DNA from: Octopus vulgaris
Lineage: Eukaryota
Assembly (NCBI GenBank): GCA_951406725.2
Contig: OX597834.1
Span: 1,178,001 to 1,242,000, forward strand
Direction: 5' to 3'
Length of the DNA stretch: 64,000 nt
In this document: piece by piece, positions 50,352 through 64,000 of the stretch
Layout of the letters: each line of letters opens with the position of its first letter
Position numbering within the stretch: position 1 is the stretch's first letter
The notes under the pieces: generated by a model
Told to the model about the DNA's origin: nothing
The model's database searches: none
Seen by the model: only the letters and a program-made list of their open reading frames with translations
Program-made: the position numbers and the translations under genes

Positions 50352-52604
50352 CATGTGTGTGTGTGTGCATGTGTGTGTGTGTGTGTGTGTGCATGTGTGT
50401 GTGTGTGTGTGTATGTGTGTGTGTGTGTGCGTTCATGTGTGCGTGTGTGTGTGTGTGCACGTAGGTGTGTTGTATGAAATGGTAAACCTTGCTCTTTAAT
50501 CAATTCCATTTCCCAATGTAAAACTTGGCCATTTTCATTTGACAAAAAACTTTTTCGAATTTCAACAGAAAATGATGAATAACCGTGGCGCTGCCGTCCC
50601 TTCGCAGAATTACAAGACAGAGTTGTATCGTTAATAACACTTTCACGACGACACATAAGATAACAATGTTTTATTTACAGCTATTCTGGTAAAAACTCTT
50701 CTGGAATATTTCAAACATAAATTCTATTGAAGATCCAGAATAAATCTTCATTTGAAAATGATGGAAGAGTTTGAAACATAAAAAGAAATTCTTAGAAATG
50801 TTTTTTCTTTATTTACTTCTTGTTTGCATCCATTGTGGAACGACGAAGGCGACTGGTTTCTACTGTTCTTGTCGCTGTTGCTGTTTAGTCCCTTTCACCA
50901 CCAAACAGAAGAACTGTGATTCAGTTGTCATCTGTTTAAAGGAATTCCACACATGACCATCCCATCTTTGTTGGCAGCAATATAAGACATATTGCTCATT
51001 GTGTCTTATAATTTATAAAATGTTTGGCTGAGATTTGAATCAGAGTTTGCTGTTTTTTCTAGCAATTCAATCGACCACTTTGAGGCTACCGAGCATATTT
51101 ACATGGCTGTTGTATAGCAGGGTCTAATTGGAATCATAAAAGAGCCTGAATATCCCATTACAGATATAAGGTTTCGCTGAAATTCGAACACCGCATGATA
51201 GTGAAACATTCATCAGTTTCACAGTGCTCCCATCGATGTTATGGCCGTTAAACGCTGCATTAATCGTGCTTATAACAGGAGGATCCAGCCGTGATCATCT
51301 TGTATTTCCAAGCAGCGAATATCCAATATGCTCTTCGTTTAATCGGCATGCATATGTTGTATTTGGTTGTTATTTCTTGTAAATCAACCTATCACATCTC
51401 CCATTCACTTAAATGTGTCCTGTAGCTCTGCATGGCATCCCTGTATCTTTATTTGGACGGAATCACTGGAAAAGAATAAAAAACCCTCTCAGTTTTTACC
51501 TTGTTGTACTACCTGCCAGAAATAACAGCCAATTCTTTAAACCACATCCTACAACAGTCTTAAGGAAGGTCACGTAGGACAATGTATTCCTGGACTCATT
51601 GAACAAAGGAAATAAACTGGATGGACATGACTGGAATGACTGATTACCTGGGGAGCAAAAAACTTCAGCATTACCAAAACTACCCAAGATTGTCATTGTA
51701 TACCTCGGCAGTTATGACGTATCAGAGAATCGAACATGCGACCTTAACTTTACTCACCGAATGTTTGTCCCCAGGATACGATGCCTGCAAGCATAGTGTA
51801 GTTTTTGTCTTTCTGCACATCCTATTCATAAAGGGGGGGGATGGAAGGATTATATACATGTGCGGGCACGTTCGCGTGCGCTCGTGTGTGTGTATGTGTG
51901 AGCGCGCAATAATTACGGCCTGTTGCTCCACAGACTCTTTTCCTATACAAGTTTCTCAGCAATGGCGTTTTGTACAGATAGAATATTTTCTGGCTGGAGT
52001 TGACATCATTGAATGAAGAAAAAAAGTTGGAATATTTTTCTCAGAAAAATTTCATATTCAGAAATAAATTTTGAGTTGTATTGTAGATGAGTAAGCCTGA
52101 AGAGGGGGGAATCTTTATGGTTTCATTCACTTTCATATTAATAATGAATATTATCAATCAGAATCCTGTCGTGGATTTTATGTATGCTGTACCATGAATA
52201 CGTTATTGAAATGGACAAAAGAAAAAATGGATGAGGCTGATATTCTTTCTATATTTCATTGAAATAATCGTATCCAGTTCCAAAAATATAAATTATCAAA
52301 AAATATACGAGGAAACGAAACATACGAGGACTTAACTTTTCTACACTGAGCACAAGGCCCGAAATGTTGGGGGGGAGGGGGCCAGTCAATTAGATCGCAA
52401 CTGATTCATCAAGTCTGAAAGAATGAAACGAGTAACAAAAAAAAAAAAGGAGCAAATAATTCAAGAGAAAATATTTGCGAAGATATCGTTGACTTTTATA
52501 ATCTAGTGTAACAATTTAATAATGATTATAGCAGAATCAATAATATAGGTGATTGTAGTCCCACTCCCGAAAAAGAAAAACATTAAATAGCTGAAGGATT
52601 GAGA

Positions 52605-52935
52605 TTAATCAAAGGGTTTATTAAGTATGTCTACCTACTGGAAATAACAGTCCAAACTCTTATTTAAATCGCCAAAATACACTGATAATAACCACAGAAA
52701 TCAACCGTCCGAAGGCGAAGGGGATAAGACAATCTCCTAGCATAGATTCAAGTATTTGGACTCAGGTGGACTGTTGTTTTCAGTAGGTAGACATACTTAG
52801 TATGAGAGATTGTTAGCCCGTTCGCCTTCGGACGGTTGATTTCTGTAGTTATTATCAGTGTATTTTGGTGATTTAGATAAGAGTTTTGACTGTTATTTCC
52901 AGCAGGTAGACATACTTAGTATGTCTTTTGATTAA
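52605..52935. repeat. Imperfect inverted repeat of about 130 bp with a third partial copy
   Basis: 52605-52736 pairs with 52805-52935; 52769-52804 directly repeats 52888-52923. Confidence 0.8.
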
Positions 52936-52942
52936 GTTTGAC

Positions 52943-53019
<77 letters not shown>

Positions 53020-53158
53020 CACACACAGACACGCTTACAAACACACATACACAGACACATGCATTCAAACACAACCTAGGATAGGTAAAGTATATTGTTA
53101 AATTTCACAAACGAAGCTTGCTTATTAAGGCTATTTAATTAAGCATCAGTTAGGAAAC

Positions 53159-53740
53159 TAACAGGTGCATCCAGTAAAATGTCACTTATATCGGTTAATC
53201 TGAATAACCGAATTCATACAGAGTCCACTTGATGCAATCGAGCTGATCCATCAAACGCTTCAGGGTCTGTCGCTTGCCCTTCCTTTTATCTTAGTTTGCA
53301 TTTGTGGTTATGATATACTGTTATAAGCGCGTCAAGTAAGGAAAGGTTCAGATTATTTCAAATAAATTTGGGTCATATTTGACCTGTAGAAAGACCGTAT
53401 TCACTGATGTTCCCTTTTGGTAATAAGGTGGTGAAGAACAGCAAAAGGTCATATCGAGGTGCCCGCTTTGGCCTAGTGGTGGATGCGTTTCTAACTTCTT
53501 GCACAGCGCCAGGACCGTGTACTGCAAGGGAGACAACCCTGGAATTAATTGAAAATGACTGTTGGTGTTTTAAAGCGTTGAATGCCGAAAGCGAGAAACG
53601 ATCTCCACGGCAAATAGCTGTGAGTGCACCATTGTACGGGACAAGCATTTCCCAAACATATTTGAACTGAGATAAATGTTTGTCTAAATTGTGACAAAAT
53701 ATGTGGCCAACATATCTAGCCAACATTTTGGATCAACTTA
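53159..53740 (-). mobile_element. Tc1/mariner transposase remnant with a TIR-like end
   Basis: HLDMTFC...VNTVF resembles SPDLTPxDFFLWGYLKxxVY; TA-CAGGTGCATCCAG end at 53159. Confidence 0.4.
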
Positions 53741-54171
53741 ATATGATAAATCCTTTTAAAAATCCAATTTCAATATATTTTAATAAAAATCATAAATTTA
53801 TTGTCTATTTTGAACACCATATTTAATCAAAACCTATATCACTCGCTCTCCTCGCTCTCTCTCTCTCTCTCTCTTCATTTCTTTCTTTCTCTCGCTTTCC
53901 ATATTACTCTTTCTCTTCTTCAATACGACCAGCTCCTTCTCTACTTCCTGTCTCTTTCTTTATACTTACATTCACTTATTTCTTACTTCCGTTCGCCCGC
54001 CAATCAATCTGTCAGAGATTTTCGCTGTCATGACAACACTACTCCATCAATTACTATCCTAAGTAAAGCCTTAAAATATCATTATTGTTATTATTATTAT
54101 CATCGTCGTCGTCGTCATCACCATCGTCATGAACATCATCGTTGTCATCGTCATCATCATCATCATCATCA

Positions 54172-54232
<61 letters not shown>

Positions 54233-54499
54233 CATCATTATTATCATTCAGCTATTTGACAAATAAAACACTGCCACACATTTCACCGTTTATTAACTTC
54301 ACGGATTTTATTTTGAAATCTTTCAAGTGACATCTCAATATTTATATTTCCTAAAGAAATTTAAAACTTATTTCACTAATTTTTTGCCGTTTCCCTCCCA
54401 TAATGCACCATTTTATGAGTGGTGATCTTACTTTTTCGTTAGAAAACAACGTCTGCAAAAAAAAAGATGCAGTAATACATACATAGATTACATAAGTAC

Positions 54500-54651
54500 A
54501 TGAGTAGCAAGAAGTTTGCTTTCCACCCACATGGTCCCCAGTTCAGTTCCACTGCGAGGCACCTTGGGCAAGTGTCTTCTATAGCCTGGGCCGACCGAAG
54601 TCTTGTGGGTGGATTTGGTAAAGCGAAACTGAAAGAAGCTTGTCGTATATA

Positions 54652-54724
<73 letters not shown>

Positions 54725-54935
54725 TCTTTCTGTCTGTGTTTGTCCCCCACCATACTTGACAACCGGTCTTGATGCATATATGTTCTTGTAACGTAGCGGT
54801 TCGGCAAAACAGAATGATAGATTAAGTAAAAGGCTTTAAAAATACAGGTATTGAGGTCGAGTCGTTCGACTAAAATACTTCTAGGCGGTGCTCCAGCATG
54901 ACCGCAGTCGAATGACTGAAACAAGTAAAAGATAA
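54500..54935 (+). mobile_element. SINE family A, near full length
   Basis: Colinear with the other copies. Confidence 0.8.
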
Positions 54936-55447
54936 ACGACAAAAGATATATAAATGTACGAGATTTGATTAAAAGGGTTTCAGAAAGGATTGGCGGCTTA
55001 TCAAAGTGAAGCATGCCAGAATGAATAGTTTGACAGAAGAATAACGCATCTCATCAGACAGGTAAGTGTTCCATTGTCATGGTACGGAGTGAATCCATGA
55101 AGGGAAGTTCCCTGTTGTTTGGTTCTGCACAATTCCAATAGCATCCAAATGCATCTCAGAAGATGAGCGGAAACTTAAGCGTGGCATAAAATCGTTAAAA
55201 AAAATCATAATGGTTTATCTTGTGTTAGTGCAGTTGGGGGGGTTAAGGGTCTTTATTGTGACGTAGACATATTTACGTCACAATAAAGACGCTTCATGAA
55301 ACAATTGTAGCAGTACAAAGTGACCCATGAGTTTTTTTTTATTAGAGACATACATGCGCGCGTGTGTGTGTGTGTATATGTGTTCGTGTGTGCGTATGTA
55401 TGTACTTGTGTGCATGCATGTATGGATGTATACATGCATCCATGTGC

Positions 55448-55501
<54 letters not shown>

Positions 55502-55591
55502 GGTGCGTGTATGTGTGTATGTGTAAGCGTGTGTGTGCAACATGCATGTATGTATACATGTATCCATGCATGCATGTGAGTATATATATAT

Positions 55592-55752
55592 ATAAGTGAA
55601 AGAATGGATTCGAACGACGATTATAACAAAATTCCTTTATTCTCGACATATGTTTCGAAGACTGTAGCTTCAACCGTGTTTTCTGACGTGAATTTGGTAC
55701 CCGGGTATCGGTTAACTGAATTGTCCATACTAGGATAATTCATTCACCTACT
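55592..55752 (+). mobile_element. Collapsed copy of the 27671-28892 family
   Basis: 55592-55664 matches 27823-27894 directly; 55665-55752 is the reverse complement of 27672-27762; in (TA)n. Confidence 0.8.
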
Positions 55753-55877
55753 TATATATATATATATATATATATATAGGTGTGTGTATGTGTGTGTATT
55801 TGTATGCGTGTTTGTATGTGAGTGTGCGTGTATGTCGTCTTCACAACACAAAACATCTATAGTTAGGCAAAGAGACC

Positions 55878-55912
<35 letters not shown>

Positions 55913-56180
55913 ACAGAGAGAGACCATTGTTTGGTAAGGATTCGGCGAAGGAATCCTCACTAAACGCATCGATTAGTGATTCGTTGAGGCTGCTCCAGCA
56001 GGACGTTACTCTGCAGTTTCCCCGTTCCTGCTTCCTCAGCCGAGTCAAAATTGCCCAGTTTCACCGATCTGAAGCAAAGGCTTTGCGGCGTGCACACTCC
56101 CGAGTAAGAAACCGCGGGATCAGTGAAATAAACAATACTTACATATACACACCATGCTTATATATATATATATATATATA

Positions 56181-56692
56181 TAAATAAAGATAATATCGAT
56201 GTTATCAAGTGGCCAGCATGGGAATAAATACCATACAAAGGTAATAATTTTTCACAACTATAAATAAGGGTATCTGAGAGACACCACCATGCCAAAATAG
56301 CAGTCAAATCCTGACTCTAAAAACCACCCAAAATGTTCATATCGCACCACGAGACAAGACAGAGAGTCAAAATAAACTAGCAAAAAGATATTACTGGATA
56401 ATTCAAAATCCTGGATTTCTAGCTTTGCTTCAAATTAGCTCTGCCTTCGTCAGTTGAATATACCACATTAGCACGTAAACACAAATATATATATACAGAA
56501 CACACGTTATACTTACATATACGAACGTCCAGACATACATATATATGCACGTATGTACAAGGCCAGATTTAAATTGCCCGCCAACAATTTTGTCTGTCTG
56601 TCTTGTCTCGTGGTGCGATATGAACATTTTAGGTGGTTTTTAGAGTCAGGGTTTGACTGCTATTTCGGCATGGTGGTGTCTCTCAGATACCC

Positions 56693-56700
<8 letters not shown>
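56181..56700 (-). mobile_element. PLE-type fold-back: 104-bp arms, about 80-nt tail, hammerhead in the spacer, in (TA)n
   Basis: 56260-56363 versus 56597-56700 differ at 3 positions. Confidence 0.8.
56401..56459 (-). ncRNA. Type I hammerhead, core intact, weak stem II
   Basis: ATTCAA-CTGACGA-A-GGC...GCT-A-GAAA-TCCAGGA-TT-TTGAAT. Confidence 0.65.
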
Positions 56701-56751
<51 letters not shown>

Positions 56752-59409
56752 CGTATGTATCTATATGCCTACGGACACACACACATAAACACGCATATAT
56801 GATTTTATATATATACGCTAAGTGGTGTGATAACTTCGTATAAAGCATAGGAGTGAAATATCAAGTAGAGTTGTTCTTTCTAGAAGCGAAATAGTAAAGT
56901 TGGTTCTAATATAATGAGGTGCAGAGAGTTAAATAAGTTTGATTAATAAAATTACGCCTGTTTGGGAGGTAGGGAGAAATAATTGATTTATTAATTTTCA
57001 AGACTGACCATGAAAAAATAGTGAGAGGCAAAATTGCATTCGATTAAGTTTAATTAAAGCTAGGAAAAAAATAGACAAGAGCTAATGACTCGTTTCCCAC
57101 ACCAACTATTCAATATTAATTTAATAGCATATTTTTTTCGAATGACTAGAAGAAAAGGTTACCATAAACCCAGCCGGTCATTTCATCACACAAACGGTCC
57201 CTGGGAATACGCTTCCAGCTTGGCTTGACACAGATATACATAAATATATAAATACGAGAATAATACACTTATGTGTGTTTGTGTGTGAACCTATATATGT
57301 ATACATATCTTTATAAGTATACATGTATGCATATAGAAAAGTATATATGTATATGTTTGCTCTGTGTTCTATGGAGATATCAAGAGAGATCAAGACGGTC
57401 TTTAACAAAGCGACAAGATGTTTTCAGTCAAGAGAGTTCTCTGTGTTTGTAAATCTGTGGTTGGGTTGGTGTGTTGTTTGAGCTGTCGGTGCAAACACTT
57501 TAGGGGGGGGGGGGGGTCAATATTAAAGAGAATCTTTGGAACGTCTTACAAATCTTCATTGTGCCACTAATAGACTAGATTTGGAGAATCCGCGTTAGTT
57601 TCTTTTGTATGTATGTAAATGTACGACTGAGAACAAATGCAAAACTAACACCCAACCCACTTAGTAAGAATTTTATGTAAATAACATGTTAACTCAGGTC
57701 TGCATTCTGTTTTGGCAAACAGAGGCAACCACGTGACTTGAATTGATCAATGTAGGACATTGAAAAGTATTTTCAAATGGATTTTCCATTCCCTACATTC
57801 TGACTTTGCCATCTGCTGATGTAGACATGTTCTGCGCCCATGAAAATTTAATCAATGTGAAACTGAAGGTTTTCCTAGTGTGTGAGCGATTCATTAAACC
57901 TTTTCGTTAATCCTTTTCAAACAAACGTATATATGTAGGTATATATCTAAATGTTTGTATGCTTGATGTTTTCATGTGAGTGTGTGTGTATGTATGTGGG
58001 TATGAATGTACGCATGTGCGTATATATAATATGAAATGTCAGCGCATCCTACTTTAAATCCGTTACCTCATAAATATTACGTCATATTACTACCACGTGA
58101 TTATATGTAAGATAGTGATGCTACGATAGAAGTTCTGGACTATCATAGCTTTCACACCGCATAAAGATAGAAAGAGAAGCAGAGAGACAGAAAGGGGAGA
58201 GTGAGAGAGAGAGAGAAAGGTGGGGTAAGAGATTGGGAGAAAGTGGGTGAGTGAAAGAGCGAGGATGTGGTAGGTGTGAGGTGTCAATACACATGTCAGA
58301 AAATAATTCAAAGAATGTAGAGATGTTGGTTTAATGAGAGAAAATAGAGGTGTAAATAGAGTGAGAGTGAGAGAGAAAGTGGGTGAGTGAGAGGGAGTGA
58401 GTGAAAGGGAGTAAAGGAGAGATCGAGTGGAGTCGGGGAGAGGGTGATAAAGAGTTGAGCACCGTAACCGAAAGAACTTAGACGATGTTGCTCTTCAGAT
58501 TTCGCTGAATAAAAGTGAAATTGCCGCGGGAAATTTGGGAAGGATGGGAAGGGAGCAAGAGAAGGAGATGCACAGAGAGAGAGAGAGAGAGAGGGGCGGA
58601 GAGAGATACAGAGATAATAAGAAAAGAGTGTGTGAGAGAGAGAGATAAGGAGAGGAAGAGACTGAGAGATATGTATGACCTTTTTTTTATTATTTTGAAC
58701 ATTAAAATTATCTGCACATCAAACACTTCACAGATATTGACAGGAAGTAGATTGGTATGATGGTAAGGAGAGAGCTAAGAGGAAGGAGGAGGCAGAAGAA
58801 AGGCAGAAGGAGGAGAATTACATGATATTTTCATGATTTCTATGAAAAGTGAAAGTAAAAGTCGAGTCAATGTAAGTGAATTGCTTGAAAGATTCTTTTT
58901 TTTATGGTTTGATTCGAAAGTATTTTCATTTCTCTCCATCTGTAAAATATTTTATTATAGAAGGGTCGAGGGTACGGAGGTGAGTTTTAGGTTTGGGTTC
59001 ATGGGAAATATTTCCGTAGGGTTGCTGATGTTAGTATTGTTGTTGTTGCTGTTGATGGTGTTGGCGGTGCTATTGGCGATGGTGATATTTGTATTGTTGT
59101 AGGTGTTGTTATTATTAGTGGCAACGGTATTGTTATTGACGTTGTTATTGTTTAGCCCTAGGTGAGATCTGATTTATTCCAGCTGTGACCATCCCGTGTT
59201 ATAATCTGCTATTTCGCTATCTACTGCTTCGTCCCTTTATTCCGAACCTGCAATTGGAACATTTGGTTTCCATTTCCAGTAGGTCAAGACCCCAAGTAGT
59301 GACTCACTCGATTGCTCCTACCCGGGGTGTTGTTGTTTATCTCCACGTTAGATCTCACTCAGTTGACCTGTGATCAATTACCATCCAGTAGTGACCATCC
59401 TATGTCTAA

Positions 59410-59700
59410 GTTCATTGTGAGTCTGCGTCTGTTTGTCCAACGTTCGTGTCATGATGCGAACGGAGGGATCTGACTATTTCTGTCCTGATGGTAAATCCCA
59501 AACCAGAGTGGTGTGGCTCGTTCTCATTTCTTCCACACTTTATCCACCTTTGCTTTCTTCTAACCGTGATCATCTTGCAAGACGAGTTTCACTAAGTGCG
59601 GCTTTCTCAATTTTGTGCTTCTTTAGTTCAAGAGCAGCCAGTGCTGCTTTTCGTTCCGGTGTTGAGGGATTGTCTTGAAGAGCATGCGCATTCGAAGGAC
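59410..59700 (-). pseudogene. RTE-clade APE N-terminal remnant
   Basis: NAHALQDNPSTPERKAALAALELKKHKIEKAALSETRLA matches the RTE/BovB NVRTL..PERRTALVA.EL....IDIAALSETR pattern. Confidence 0.7.
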
Positions 59701-60136
59701 CAAGGTCACCATTCTTCTACTGCGTTGCTGGATAACCAGTGAACTGTAGCGGGCTACCACGTTTAAGGCGAATAAGCAATGTTTAGGGCTCCAAAAATAT
59801 ATAAAATTTTAAGATATAAATAAAATTGAAATATATATTAAAAAAAAATGAAAACAGTATATACCTGTGTACCTACAGTTGGATGACTACTCATCAGTTC
59901 CTCCGTCCTTTGACGGGTTCTCTTCTTCATCCAGCAGAGTGTCCAACTATCACCCTCCTCACCAACCAAACTCGGTGTCGTTGACAGTTTAGTCGCCGAC
60001 GACGCAACCATGCAATAGGTCGTACTCAGCTACGTGATACCAGTAGCGCTCAAGAGCAACTTCACACATACACACACGAACACACGCACACTCATATTAT
60101 ATATATGTATGTGTGAGCATATATATATACACACAC

Positions 60137-60297
60137 ACGACGGGCTTCTTTCAGTTTCTGTCTACTAAACCCTCTGACAAGGCTTTGCCCGGCCCGAGAC
60201 CATAGTAAAAGACACTCTCCCCCAAGGTGCCACGTAGTGGGACTGAACCTGGAACCATATGCTTGGGAAGCAAACTTCTTACCAACAGCCACGCCTA
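60137..60297 (-). mobile_element. SINE family A, 5' half
   Basis: Head and body match the other copies. Confidence 0.8.
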
Positions 60298-62089
60298 TGT
60301 TTGAATAGAGGGATGGATGAATGATGGATGCAATGCATTTCGGGAACAATGACGTCAGAGGTAAGAGATTTCGAATGGTAACAGACTAATTCCTGATTTA
60401 TTGTTCTCTGACAGTGGCAATGATTAGGGACTTTGCGAGACTCGATCTCGAACATTAACCATCCGCATAAATTTGTATCACTTTGCTCCATAGATAGGGA
60501 TCTATATAGTGTGACCGATAGAGTGCAGGGTGCTACGGTGTGTCACAGCCCACCCAGCTATAGATAAGTATCGCAAGATGTCATTATACCTATTGGGTAT
60601 TGGAACTGCATATATGGCACAGTCACAGTACGAGACAGATGGCACCACAGATGGTTATAATCTACTGCTGAAACTAGTTAAGACGGCGTGATATAGTTTA
60701 CACGTGACTTTGTTATAAAACGGTGCCGTAGTCATGTGATTCACAGCCGCACTTGCAAGTGTGATACAGGACATGTCACCGTTGGCTGTCAGCAGGTTTC
60801 ATACAGTGATATAATTTAACCAGGTAGGTAACTAGGTAAGAAGTGCAGTCTATGCATCACTTACCTGTAAATAGATACAACTGTAAATTATATCAGTTTG
60901 GTAACAAGTTAACACTTTGAGATAGAGTCCAATCTCTATTAGCCGCAAATCAAGAATTATGGCCTAAGCTATTTATCATATTTGATAGAATATATAATGC
61001 AGTTATTTTTAAATAATATCCCAAAACATTGGGACCACCTATATGTGAAGTTGAGCCAATATTAGATGCTTTATTACACTCTAAATTGCTTTTCCCTTCT
61101 GGATATGCACTACTGAAATTGGGGTGCGTCTAATTCGCTCATGCATTTTTTTATGCCATCGAACACGCTATTTCCCAGTTGTCTATTTATCAGTGAAGTC
61201 TGGTCCGACGTTCTATAATTTTCTTCTTTTGTCAGCATCCGAACAATCTGCACACAGATATAAGTTAAGTTGTATCGTTGTATCCCAACCAATTCTCTCC
61301 TCAGGTATGTCATCTGTTACAAGAGGCATTTCGTCCCACTCGCTCGTCTGTCTCCTATTAACTCAAGAGAAATAGTAATTGGTGCTACTTTAGATCCTTG
61401 TAATATAATCTTTGTAATAATCCCTTAAAACTATCATAATACTAAATACCTGGATGAGTATTAAATAGTTTATTTGTATCACATTTTTGTGTTGTCTTTA
61501 CCATTTGCTTGGGAAGAAGGAGAGATTTCCATGTCAATCCAGGTCCTTACATATGGACGGGGTCAACGAAGATAATTGTTTAGCAACATAAAAAAAACAC
61601 AGACGTGGAAGCATTCCCGAAGATTAACGTTGTGAGAAAGAAGGGGTAGGTGTAGGGGTCAGTGATGGACCTGAGGCAGAGAGATGGACATCATGCGGTT
61701 AAGAAGATGAAGGATGAAGGATCGGTTCGGAGCGGAGGTGACACGAAGCCACTTTGAGTCGTAATTCAGGTATCATTGTAGTAGCAGTAGAGATTGCAGA
61801 GAGAGGAGACACAGCTTGTGTGGATCACAAGATAGAGTGTGATGGTGAGTGGCTTTATGAAGCACCAATCCTTCCAATACTTTAGCACAATACAGACAGG
61901 CAGCCCACGTGGGAGTGATGGCAGAACCGAAAACAACCTTCAATCAGCTGCCTCCGTCTACGAAATATAAAGGCGTAAATATGCATTGGACGGTCACGCC
62001 TGGAACACCTGTAACAATTGCAATAGGGATATTCCAACAAGGTCACAGTAAGGCCAACGTTGGTCAGACAGTCACTCAGTTAATTAGTT

Positions 62090-62523
62090 AGACAGTGGCC
62101 AAGGACATGACATGGTAGAAGATGACAGAGCAGTCCGATGCATGCTGAGAGGGTTCTGCTGCAGCTCGGGCATTGGTGGTCGGTTGGGACTGAAAGCAAG
62201 GAATTGTTTCTGGACTTGTATAGCTTGCAATGTCTTTTGTGTCCCTGCAATCTCGTCCGTAGGAAGTGGCACCTCTGTTGGCGCAGCTTCGCCAGGCAGG
62301 GCAGTTTTATGCTTATGTTTCCCAGGTGCCAGCGGGGGGTGGGGGTGGAGTAGATCTCAAACCTCTTCGGTGAGGCTTTGAGTGTATCCTTGAAGCACAT
62401 TTTCCGACCCCCTTGTGTGCACTTGTCTTCTGCCAGTTTACTGTAAGACAGTTTCTTAAAGAGTCGCGTGTCGGGCATTCGTGCAAGGTGGCCTGCCCGC
62501 CTGACTTGCGCTCTTCTCAGCAA
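62090..62523 (-). pseudogene. RTE-clade ORF C-terminal remnant
   Basis: AQVRRAGHLARMPDTRLFKKLSY...GGRKMCFKDTLKAS and terminal CPSCSRTLSACIGLLCH, typical of RTE/BovB ends. Confidence 0.8.
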
Positions 62524-63443
62524 TGTGTAAATGCCAAAGTAACAACAAAAACAACAGCGATATATATCGAACAGGAACCAACATCTCGCTTACGTTCCCG
62601 CCATCATGTTAACTTTACATATAAAAATGTATCCAGAAATAATCGTTAAATTTTCACTGAAAACTCGACAATACGGACGTAATTTAATCTTTTTCGTTTA
62701 TTGGTATTCCTAGATCTAAAATGATAACGAAGATACGTCATCTTTGAGGCAGTTCCACACATTTCCTTCTTTGATACTGGTCGTGTAGTCGAGTTTTCTA
62801 TCAAAAGAATAATTTCTTTAAAACAATTTCTTCTTCTTCGTCTTATTATCATTATGGTACTCAGAAACGCTAACTTCATTAAAAACTTTATTAATATCAA
62901 TTCTATCGCTGCCGGCTATTAAAATCATTTGAATTATTTCTTCTATACTGCTTACATTATAAATTTTATTATAAAACCTGCAATTATAATGGATTTCGTT
63001 GCTGTGGCGTGTTTTGTTTTTATATTTATTTATGATGTAAATGTCCTTTTTTATGTAATATATAATTATACTTCTTATTTTATGTGTCCTTCGTATCGAT
63101 AAAATAATCTAAGCACCAGACCACTGTGCTACATATTAATTTTGACAAACAGTAATTTATGCACGGTAAAATATAAGACTTTATCATGGCGATTTTCATC
63201 TCTCAATATCTGTCAGTTAACTCTTAAAACAACGTTTATTTTGACATGTAACTGTAAAGATGGCGGCCACGTTGCGTGTCGGTCTGGAGGTTGCACCCAC
63301 ACATACAAGTACACATACACACAAACCACGTACACTATTATATACACACATATATCTATGTTCGTCACATATATATATATATATGGACATGAGCATGTGT
63401 GTATTTATATATGTAATTATGTATCTACGTATTCTTATGTGTG

Positions 63444-63498
<55 letters not shown>

Positions 63499-63876
63499 CA
63501 CATGAGCACATATATATATATATGAGCACATGCACACACACGCTCACACACGTATACATACAGACACAAGACATATACAAATATATGTTTTTATGTGCAT
63601 AAAAATATAAATTTATTGCGTTTTACTAATGCATGCATATAAACACGCACACACACACACACACACATATATATATGTGTGTGTGTGTGTATGTGTATGT
63701 GTGTGTTATCTTTTCATATGCAAGTTATCTTATATGCCTCTATGTGTATATATAAATAAATATATATATATATATACATACATATGTATTATATATATAT
63801 ATATGACTGTGTGAATATGTGCGTATATATATATATGTGCATATATATATATATATATGACTGTGTGACTATGTGC

Positions 63877-63933
<57 letters not shown>

Positions 63934-64000
63934 TATATGTGCGTGTGCGAAGATAATCTTAAACGGTAGAACAAATTAAATATGAATAGGAAATACGAAA

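Noticed and set aside
50570-50635. Short frame ending NYKTELYR*, resembling the YKTELC lead-in of tandem CCCH fingers
   Set aside because: It lacks the cysteine, stops immediately and has no further homology.

Overview
This is AT-rich, microsatellite-saturated animal DNA. Its SINE families resemble those of Octopus (inferred from sequence recall, not verified). Almost all ORFs in the track are microsatellite artefacts. Supportable content: (1) a nearly intact R4/Dong-type non-LTR retrotransposon (45278-49244, minus) in a (TAA)n tract, encoding RT, a CCHC knuckle and a restriction-like endonuclease, plus degraded relatives; (2) a disrupted CR1/L2-group LINE (about 7330-11427); (3) RTE, mariner/Tc1 and Helitron-like fragments and many tRNA-derived SINEs; (4) a possible pair of host exons at 29.4-30.6 kb. 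The most striking signal is a set of short Penelope-like-element (PLE)-type fold-back insertions from several unrelated sequence families. They sit in (TA)n tracts, share an inverted arm / sense arm / unpaired tail layout, and carry type I hammerhead ribozyme motifs at about ten loci. These include two intact cores with long stem II extensions, a family with a U3-A8 compensatory core, and a PLE 3' end with a tRNA-like module between the ORF stop and the hammerhead. A separate PLE-associated repeat holds a candidate double-pseudoknot RNA. All structures were folded by eye and no activity has been tested.
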